Shown here: one piece after another, positions 54,915 to 64,000 of the stretch | How the letters are laid out: the number at the start of each line of letters is the position of its first letter | Position numbering within the stretch: the stretch's first letter is position 1 | Notes under the pieces: model-generated | Seen by the model: only the letters and a program-made list of their open reading frames with translations | Database searches by the model: none | What the model was told of the DNA's origin: nothing | Source: Eledone cirrhosa | Taxonomy: Eukaryota | Assembly (NCBI GenBank): GCA_964016885.1 | Contig: OZ024746.1 | Coordinates: 87,916,001-87,980,000, forward strand | Direction: 5' to 3' | Length of the DNA stretch: 64,000 bases | Position numbers and translations under genes: made by a program

Positions 54915-57900
54915 TTACAGACACATACTCAGAGAAGGCCCATTCATTCGGGCCATACTTGCTTCTCTCACCCATCTTTCAACAAAATGCTGGGAAGAGA
55001 GCACTTCCCTCTCTACCCTGATTTTCCTTTTCAAATGAAATTTGAAAAAGTTAATCAGGGCATCACCGAAGAGGTAAGTGCTCGTCTTCAGCCCTTTCAA
55101 ACGTGTCCACCATACTATCTCTTTCGCCATGGCCACCAGACAGATAAAAACTGCCTGCCCTTCCCGGCTAAAGGAAGGGGGCGGGGCAATCCTCACGATG
55201 GACTCAGCTCATAGCTGGATCCGTCCTACACGTGACGGCAGGTGTTCGACAGAAACCCACAAGTCAGCAATGCTCGGACACAGGACGAGTGCGTGCAGGA
55301 CGGTTTCGTCGCCCTGCGCGCATCTCGGACATGCCCGGCTGACGGCACCTCCATGCCTGTAGAGTTTATCCCGAACTGGCAAAGCTCCTCGGTAGCACTG
55401 CCAGGCCAGGGATTTCTGGAAGTTGTCCATAGGCCCCGGCCCGAAAGTCCTTCCGAAGAGATTGGCTAGTTGATTTTCGTCGACGCCTAGAGTTTCTCCA
55501 AGTACGTCGTCGCTCTTCCCCTCCACTAATCCCCTATAGAACGCCAAGGTGGAGTTTCCACCGATCACATTGCCCGATTGGTCGAGGGCTGTGAGCGCCT
55601 GAAGACATTCCAGTCTCCAAGCGCTCCCTCTCGGTCTTCGCCTGACCCAGGACTGCAGCTCCGTCAAGGAGACGAGCTGGGGAAAAACGTGTCTTGCAAA
55701 CGGCGACCACACCTGATCACCGTCGAGGAAGAGGTGGAGATGTCGTATCCTGAGTGCGTGTCTGCGCATCATCAGCCACGGCATGCCCAGCCCTCCACGT
55801 AGCGGGTGTTGACAGCAGATGGACCGCCTGACCATCGGAGCGCGTCCCTTCCACAAGAAGCGAAAGAGCAAACGCTCCAGCGCAGTCAGGCGGGGCTTAG
55901 GACAAGGTACGACGGTCAGGCGGTAGTAGATGACGGATGCGATGTACGCATTCGCCACCTCCGCTCGACCTTTCAGGGATAGCTTCCTCTCGGCCCATTT
56001 CTGGGTGAGAGAAGCCACCCTGCTCGTCACCTCGTCCCAGTTTTTGTCCGTCTGGAGGTCTGGACCGAACAAGACCCCTAGCAATTTAACCGGTCCGTCC
56101 GTCCAGCGCCCGACGACGCTGTTGGACGGCATGGACCTGCCTCTCCAGGTGCCGAGCTGCAGGCCCACTGACTTTTCCTGGTTGATCATTGCTCCTGTCA
56201 CCGCTTCGTATTCTCTTAGTGTAGTGCCGATCACCTCGATGTGTTTGGCGTTCGACACCACTACGGTGACATCGTCGGCATATGCTGACACGGATCTTCC
56301 GCATCCTAGTTCGCGCGGGACCCCCCTCAACGTCTCCAGTTTGTGCAGTAATGGCTCGAGAGTCAATACGTACAATAGGGACGAGAGGGGACATCCTTGG
56401 CGGACCGAGCGCATGATGTTGAACGGTTCCGAAAGGTGACCGTTCACTCTCACTACAGAGCAGATGTCGCTGTGCATGGCAGCGATCCCGCCTCTGAAGA
56501 CGGGCCCAAAGCCAGCCGCCCTCAGGACTCCCGCTAGGTAACGATGGTCGACCCTATCGAAGGCTTTCGACTGATCTAAATTGATCAAAGACCCATCCGT
56601 GCCAGGTTCCTTAGCTACCCTCTCTACGATGTATCGCATGAGGTGGAGGTTGTCGTGGATGGATCTGTCGGGAATGGCGCATGTATGTGCCTCTCCCAAC
56701 AGACCACCAACGACAAGCGCCAACCTCTTTGCTAGCACCTTGGCCAAAATCTTGAACTCTGTGTTTAGCAGAGTTATGGGCCGGAAATTATCTATGTTAT
56801 CCCCCTTGTTCGGATCCTTTCTCAGCAGCGCCACCGCTCCTCGGCTCACACAGCTGGGAATTCTCCCGTTCTGTTGCCAGTTGCAGTAGACGTCCGCCAA
56901 GAGGCCTCCGAACAAGTTTGGCATTTGTACGTAAAGTTCATAGGGCAGAGCATCCAAACCAGGCGATTTACCCCTTGTGCAACTAATCATTGCATCCCGT
57001 ACTTCAGCGGTTGTTATCGGCTTTTCGCAACACTCCGCCTCAGTGGCCGAAATCCGCGGCAGTCCGTCGTGGTAGACACTAAAGTCCATCCCTCGACCCG
57101 GCCCGCCACTGCCCCCGAACAGTTGAGCGAAGTGTCGCTGAAAAGCTTCACACGTTTGCCCGGGATCGAGTAGCATGCGCCCGTCGTGGTCCACCAAAGA
57201 CCGGATCGTGTCTTTGTTGCCACGACGCGCCTCCGCCACTCGGGCCCATTGAACGGCTTTCGTCCCCTCGTTTCTGAGAGCACGCACCCTAGCTCTGACA
57301 ACGCAGCCTTCGTGCTTTGCATTGAAGAATTGGTCAAGGGCCAATTTCGCCGCAAGTACGTCGGTCACGATGCCTTTGCTAAGCGCCTCATCTAATTTTC
57401 TAACTAATTCTCCCTCTGCTCTATTTTTCTCTATTGCTAAAGTCTTACTAAACCTAATGGACTCTATTCTAATTGCTCTTTTCAGAGCAAACCACCACTT
57501 GTTGTTGACGATGGCCCCCGTCAACGCCCGCTTAACTAGTTCGCTAATCCGGTCTCTGTAGGCCTTGCGCGCTGGTAAGGACGCGTTTAGCTTCCAGTAG
57601 CCGGGTCCTCGTCTATGAAGCCTATCTAAGTCAAGCACACAGATCACGAATTTGTGGTCCGTGTAGCTGACTATCTTGAATTGTGGACAGCCTATGCTAG
57701 ACCTATCTATTTCCCTACAAAATACTCTATCTAGATATGATCTGGATGACCCTATGCGATTTGTCCAAGTCCACATTGGTACATTCGGGAAATCCATTCG
57801 GTACCTGTCAGACAGTTCAAAACGTCTGAGCAGGTTGGTGAGACTCTTGCACCCCCCTTCCCTATCCACTAATCCCACACAATCCCAGCGTGCATCTAAG

Positions 57901-58222
57901 ATCCCGTTCCAGTCGCCCACTAACACTAAAGAGCGGGACGTTCCAAGAAAGGTCTCCAGACGCCGGAAGAAATCAGGCCGCCCTGATCCAAACCTCTCCG
58001 AAAAAGCACAGCAACTCCTCCCTCCGATCCCGGACGGCTGGGAGATGCGTACACATCGTAGCCGCCGAAGATCGGTGCGAAAGCCTGTGCTTCGGAGATT
58101 CTGGTCTCGCTGATGGCCACTACATCTATGTTTAGTGACCTGAGGTCGTTGAGCAGGTGGCCCTGCTTCCATGACGACCCCAAGCCACGCGCATTTATGC
58201 TGCCTATTCTGAGTGAGGTCAT
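54915..58222 (-). pseudogene. Tx1 ORF2: APE endonuclease, reverse transcriptase, C-terminal zinc knuckle (disabled)
   Basis: Starts MTSLRIGSINARGL..ISETR..GGVAVL. A deletion/frameshift near 57990 removes the VYAP region. Then GDWN, LDRVF, TDH, GYWKLN, FRPITLLN, LDQSKAFDRV, VRQGCPLS, YADD, CPRC..ETVLHALVLC. Premature TGA at 55209-55211; frame continues to 54915. Confidence 0.93.
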
Positions 58223-58256
58223 GTTGAAAAGGAGTGGAAAAGATGGGAAAGACCAC

Positions 58257-60206
58257 TTACCTTACTTCTCGTAGGGGAAGGACGGCTTTTCCATCCTTTT
58301 CACTGCTTGTGGCCTCCTCAGGAAGGATGTCCTTATAAATCCTCCTGGAGAGTGCTTGTCGGAAGTCTCCGATGTCTGTGGGGAATTTTTGTTTTAGTGT
58401 CATGTACGTTTTCTGTGTGATGCGAGTGATTTGTATGTGTGGAGGTGGTGTGAATTTTGGGGTTGTTGTGTAGTCTTTTTCTGTGATGCTGGTGTTGTGT
58501 TGGATGTAGTGTAATAATTGCTTGTTGTTCAAATTTAATGCTGTGTAGTGTGTATCGTTTTGGTTGTTTTGTTTTGTTTGCGTTTGTTGTGGGTTTGTTT
58601 CTGTTTCGCATTTTGGTGACTTTTGTGGTGTAGGTGATGGTGGTGTTGGAGTTAATGATGGTGATGGTGTTGGTGTTTGGGTTGATGGGGTTGGTGATGC
58701 TGTGTGGATGGTGGCATATCTGTCCTAACTTTTTTGTTTCTTAGTTTATTTGTTTCCCTCTGTATTTTGTTTTTGGAGGGGGAAGGAAGATAATTTTTTC
58801 TTTTTTGGTTTCTTTTTTTTTTCCGGATATCGTTTCCCACTCCTCGTCGTCACAATCTGTCTCCAGTTGTGATAGGCCGGGGAGTGGAAAATCCTCCACA
58901 GCCGTTAGTTTTGGTTGTGGTGTGGTGGATGGTGTAGGCGCTGGTGCTAGTTCTGAAGCGTTGGGTGGTGGTGGTGTTGGTTTTGCTACTGTTGCTGGGG
59001 TTGTTGCTGTTATAGTTGCTTCTGTTGTTGCTGCTACAGTTGTTGCTGCCATCTCTGCTACTGGTGGTGTTGATGGTTGTGTCACTGGGGTGGGTAGGAG
59101 AGGTGGCCTCAACCTTTTAGCCTGAGAGCAGAAAGCCCTTAGGTGGGTTCCTTCACCACAAACGACACACCTAGGTCTTCTGCCCTCGACAATTACCGTG
59201 AGGTGGCTGCCGTCAGTGAGGTCTATTACCTCTGGGATCTCCTCAATGCTTTTTTGGTCCGCTTGGATCAGGAGCTCCATCCCAGATCCGGACCAGTTTT
59301 CCTGCTTTTCTTTTGCTACTGCTATTATTTTCGTGTTGGCTTCGATGCCGGCGAGGACAGCCGCTATTAGCCAGGGAATTTCGATGGCCGGTGGAACGTG
59401 GGTCACCCTGATCTTTACGAGTCTCTGGCCACAATAGCTTGGGACGAGTGTGAGGTCGTCACTTTTTAATGGGGCCATGGAGTGTTCTCTAGCCTCCTCT
59501 GGTGTTTCAAAGAACACATCCACGGTTCCATACTTTTGCCCACGTCTGATGTGGGTTTTTCTTGCCCGCACATTTCCCAAAGCTTTTTGGATTTGGGACT
59601 CGGATGCCCGTTCCACTCGGCGCGATTTTACATTTATTGTTCTATACGACACAGTGCACAGGCGCCGATGCTCCATTTTATTAGGTGGGAGGTGAGGCTG
59701 ACCCTGTACACATCTTTCTTTACCATTTGTTTGGCATTTTCTAAATCTTCTTGAGTTACCGTGAACGCTTCGAATTGTTTTGCTACGATGGCGAAACTGA
59801 GGGTCGGTTTTATAATGTCATTGTTGTTGTTGTTGCTATCGTTATTTGTGTTAATCTTAATTTTTGTTTCAGTTTTGGTGGTGGTGACGTCATTCGTCTT
59901 TGGTGCGGAAGAGTCCATTTCGACATCACGAGTTAATTTATTTTTTTCTTCTTTTGTTTCTGTTGTCGCGGTGGTGGTGGGGGTGGTGGTTGTCGCGGTG
60001 GTGGTGGTGGTGGAGGCTTTAACATCTGCAGTCATTGGTAATGGCGGGAAATGAATGTCTGCCTGAGACAAATTTAAAATATTGCTACTGCTTATATTTT
60101 TTTTTGTGTTGGCAAACGTAGTAACATTTAGAATGGTGGTGTCGGTGTGAGGTGTTATCTTGTGAGGAAGGCTTTCAGCTGCTTCGTGCAGAGGGGAATT
60201 AGCCAT
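58257..60206 (-). pseudogene. Tx1 ORF1 (gag-like: RRM-like region, CCHC knuckle, low-complexity tails), frameshifted
   Basis: ATG at 60206, frameshift in an A-run near 59677, CVVCGEGTHLRAFC (CX2CX4HX4C), further shifts at about 58500-58800, stop about 35 bp before the ORF2 ATG. Confidence 0.85.
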
Positions 60207-60415
60207 TTTTCTTCAAAGAAATTTTTGGATAATAATAAAAGTTAAAATTTTGGGCACAAGGCCCCAATCTTTTTGGGTGTCCTTTTCGGAAAACAATGTA
60301 TGTGTGCTTATAAACAGTTTACAATAACATTTTCCATAAATGGCAATTTTTAAACAAACAGAAATAACAAACCTTTGCGGAGCTCACGATAATACGATTT
60401 CCTACGTAGGTCGCC

Positions 60416-60469
<54 letters not shown>

Positions 60470-60874
60470 TGATATGTATGTTCCAATAGACAAGAATGTA
60501 TCTATAAAAACATTTGAAAAATTGAGCAAGTATAAGGACCTGGAGATAGAAATTGGAAAAATGTGGAAATTGAGAACTAAAACAATACCAGTGGTTGTAG
60601 GCGCTCTGGGAATGATACCTAAGGGGTTTAACGACTACTTATCGCAAATCCAAGGAAACCCGCGTATAGGAGAAATACAAAAGATAGTACTAATGGGAAC
60701 TGCCCATATACTAAGGAAGATCCTGTCAATAAAAGTACATCACAAGTCTAAACACTAAGGATGCATGTGTGAATATGTGTGTTCTTTCTTGAACATGGCG
60801 GACCTTGTTGTCTCTTGAGGTCACTGGTTGTGACTTGGTGATAACTCGTATAAACATAAAGCAAGATAAATGCA
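60470..60874 (+). mobile_element. 5'-truncated R4/Dong-clade element (restriction-like endonuclease C-terminus) in (TAA)n
   Basis: IIDMYVPIDKN..EKLSKYKDLEIEIGKMW..IPVVVGALG..IQKIVLMGTAHILRK, a short 3' UTR, and (TAA)n on both sides. Confidence 0.9.
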
Positions 60875-60904
60875 AATAATAATAATAATAATAATAAAAA
60901 TAAT

Positions 60905-60954
<50 letters not shown>

Positions 60955-61599
60955 TAATAATAATAATAATAATAATAAAAGAATTACCAATAATTCATCA
61001 GTTATCAGTGTGCCAAAATAAAGACATTACGAAAGCTTTCATCTCTTTCACATTTACTTTTTTCTGTATTCATTTTACCTCTAAATCTTATCTCTGTTAC
61101 AATTAATAAATGTATCTGTCTATATATCTGTCTATCTCATACGTCTTGCAAAACCGTGACAAAAGGATTATTCCCATTATCTAATTATTATTCGACGAGA
61201 CACACACATGTACATACAGCTGTATCCAACTGAATATATAGACACCAACAACATACAGGCTACATAGATTGTGATAAAGAATATAACTTCATTAGTCCAC
61301 AAGTCTGTCTAATGAATTCGTTATGAGAATTAGGGTGAAGACTTTCAGAATTAATTTTTCTTCAGTCATTTAACGTTCTGTTGAATTTTTTTCTAATCTG
61401 ATTGCATTACATTAATTATATACTTATTTAGTCAAATAGGATATTATGTGATGAATTATCTCGTATGTCGAACAGGGTAGTAGTTTTCTCATAGTAATTT
61501 ACTAATACTCCGATCGCAATGATTTTGAAATAAGAATCAGTTTAGAGAAACCAGCTGAAGCAGTATTATGATTTCTTCCTTCCTTCATCATCGTCATCC

Positions 61600-62030
61600 T
61601 ACGACGCTTCTGTAGACAGTCGGAAATCTCTTGACAACCACCTTTCCACACTATTCGGCCCTGCATTGCTGTCCCCAGATCCCTTATGTCAACCCTGTTT
61701 CCCGAGCTGTGGTGTTTGGCAAATTCATTGTTCGTGACTAGACACATACAGAGGGTTGCCTCAGAAGAAGAGATGAAACAATTTCGTTGTCGGTTCGAAT
61801 ACAATAACCAGGAAAATGTAGTCTTTTTTGCTTGATATATCGGAATCAAATATTGGAATCATATCTCGGTAGATGGTTTCAAGTGTTGCCTGTAATCTCC
61901 AGCTTATGTTTTTGATTCTTCTGAGCAGATTTGTATATGATCCATCCATTCGTCTTTCAGGACGAAAAGATAAGGTCCATGTTTCTGATCCAAATAGTAG
62001 TACTGGTTCAATCCATGTTCAAAAAACATA
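61600..62030 (-). mobile_element. Degraded RTEX-like LINE 3' fragment
   Basis: IEPVLLFGSETWTL..MDGSYTNLLRRIKNISW..TLETIY. Confidence 0.75.
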
Positions 62031-62540
62031 GGGGATCAATCACTGGCTAACATTACGCATTTTCCTATTAATTGTGGTACAATCGGAAATGTTGTTCGTA
62101 ACACACTGAAACACACACATACACATGCAGACGCACGCGCATACACACGTAGACCCACGTTAACAGACACGCACACACACACAGACGCACACATATATAC
62201 ACACACATATCTATCTATATATATATATGTATGTAATACAATAACAGAGATAGCTTTAAGCTAGACTCTGACTGCTAACCATCTCACTCAACAAACATTA
62301 GGTTATATGTTAGTATAAACCTAATTTAAGTGTTTGGGGTGCTAACTATATGTATTATGTGGAAAGCCAGTTGTATTATTTTATGAGATATAATTAAAGT
62401 TAAAATATATCTCTATATATATGTATATAAATATATATGTGTATATAAATATATATGTATATATACACACAAACACACATACGCACTCACACACGCTCGC
62501 ACACACATATGCCCCCACACAAACACATAAATATATATAA

Positions 62541-62718
62541 TTGTTCCTACTTTTGGCACAAGGCCAGCAATTACTCAGTGCATTACTGGTACTTTATTTT
62601 ATCGACCCCGTAAGGAGGAAAGGCAAAGTTAACCGCGGCGGAATTTGAAATCAGAATGGCAAGGGCCGTCACTCTATGCGTCAAAGCATGGCGTCCGACC
62701 CTCTACCGATACTGCCAA
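62541..62718 (-). mobile_element. SINE family S1
   Basis: S1 match; 3' end GGCCTTGTGCCAAAAGTAGGAACAATTAT. Confidence 0.9.
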
Positions 62719-63027
62719 ATGTAATATATATATATGTATATATATACATATATTCAACAAAACATCCGTCGGATGGAACAACGAAAGAGTGCCCTGTCTA
62801 AATCCATGTGCTTCTCACACTTAATATGTATTCTGCCATCTTAGCTATCAAGACATAGGTGTGGCAGCGACTCAAGTATGTACATGAATGTGTAGAATGT
62901 ATGTAGATGTGGAACGTCGACATGTAATTAATTTGTTTTTTTTTACGCCAGATGAATGTCACCTACGCGTTGCCAATTTCCCTAAGCATTAAAACCTTAT
63001 AAAACACAATATATATTACATACATAT

Positions 63028-63088
<61 letters not shown>

Positions 63089-63092
<4 letters not shown>

Positions 63093-63663
63093 ATACGTAC
63101 ATACATATATGTATACAGACGTGCACACATATATACATACATGCACACATATATAGATGTACGTATGGATTTACCGAACAATTATTATAATGCCTGTTGT
63201 GTTTTTGAAGCAAACATCCCGAATTAAGGCGTACAGTGTTTAGCAACCATCGTTGCTCTTTTGTTCAACACTGACAAAGGAACGATGTACTATTTCAACC
63301 TTCCTGCAAGATGATTGAATGTCTGAAAGTATATACTTCCCTTATGCATATTAACGGCTAAGCAGCCTAATGTGCATATCGAGTGAGTTAATCTGCCGGG
63401 CGCACCGATAACGATAAACGGATAAAATGAAACGAAATTTCCTTTCTCACTCTTAGTACGGCTGTTACTTACATATAAGTATGTATACGTACATACATAT
63501 ATGTATACAGACGTACAGCAGTGTGTATACATATACATACATGCACACACATATATATATATATATATATATGTACGTATGGATTTACCGAACATTTATT
63601 ATAATGTTCGGTGTGTTTGTAAACAAACATCCCGAATTAAGCCGGACAGTGTTTATCAACCAT
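63089..63663 (-). mobile_element. Family A retrozyme-like repeat, about 1.4 tandem units
   Basis: TTACCGAACA repeated about 414 bp apart. Only the hammerhead 3' half remains (GAAAT-A-GTA-CATCG at about 63283-63296). Confidence 0.85.
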
Positions 63664-63699
63664 CAAAAGCATAAGACAACCGAAATCAACTGAAAACAT

Positions 63700-64000
63700 T
63701 ACTCACCAATGCCAAATTACCTACCACAAACCCACAACCAACTGTCAAAAAATGTGGTCGCTTAATGGTGGAACCTGCACTCATCTCATTGAAGACAACA
63801 TGGATACATTTAAATCAGGACCAAATTTTGCTGTAAAAAAATCACTTCAATTGCTCATCAAAAAATCTAGTTTATGCCATTAAACGTAAAGGATGCAATG
63901 AATATTATATAGGATAAACTAAACTCGCACTCAGAAATAGAATGACAGTTCATCGCCAACAATTACGAGATCCAACCACGAGACATATACTACTAAGCAC
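63700..64000 (+). mobile_element. Penelope-like GIY-YIG endonuclease remnant (runs off window)
   Basis: HFNCSSKNLVYAIKRKGCNEYYIG*TKLALRNRMTVHRQQLRDP, preceded by KCGR..GTCTHL. Confidence 0.85.

Larger units (their letters stand above)
54685..60415 (-). mobile_element. Full-length Tx1/L1-clade non-LTR retrotransposon (about 5.7 kb) inserted in (AAT)n
   Basis: Two-ORF layout, (AAT)n on both sides (54650-54684 and 60416-60469), 5' end GGCGACCTACGTAGG, and AATAAA just before the 3' junction. Confidence 0.95.

Noticed and set aside
55242-58135. Plus-strand ORFs overlapping Tx1 ORF2
   Set aside because: Antisense shadows of a GC-rich coding sequence.
55209-58256. The 1015 aa ORF as an intact gene
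   Set aside because: Its first ~90 aa are the wrong frame. The true start is 58222, and there is an endonuclease deletion and a premature stop.

Overview
AT-rich, microsatellite-dense eukaryotic intergenic or intronic DNA. The repeat families suggest an octopus genome (inference). No host protein-coding gene is supported, and almost all short ORFs in the track are microsatellite or antisense artefacts. The window is a nest of retroelements: a full-length but disabled Tx1/L1-clade LINE (54685-60415, minus) and a 5'-truncated R4/Dong-like fragment sitting in the same (AAT)n tract; RTE, CR1-like, RTEX-like and CRE-like remnants; Penelope-like remnants (RT plus GIY-YIG); tRNA-derived SINEs; and piggyBac- and Tigger-type MITEs. 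Two systems stand out. (1) The abundant SINE shares its 3' terminus (CCTTGTG..AGAAAC-ATTATT) and its ATTAT target with the Tx1 element, a candidate LINE/SINE pair. (2) Several small non-coding families inserted at (TA)n carry minimal type I hammerhead ribozymes or remnants, in partial-tandem and fold-back arrangements, resembling Penelope-dependent retrozymes. All calls were made by eye, and edges of degraded elements are approximate.
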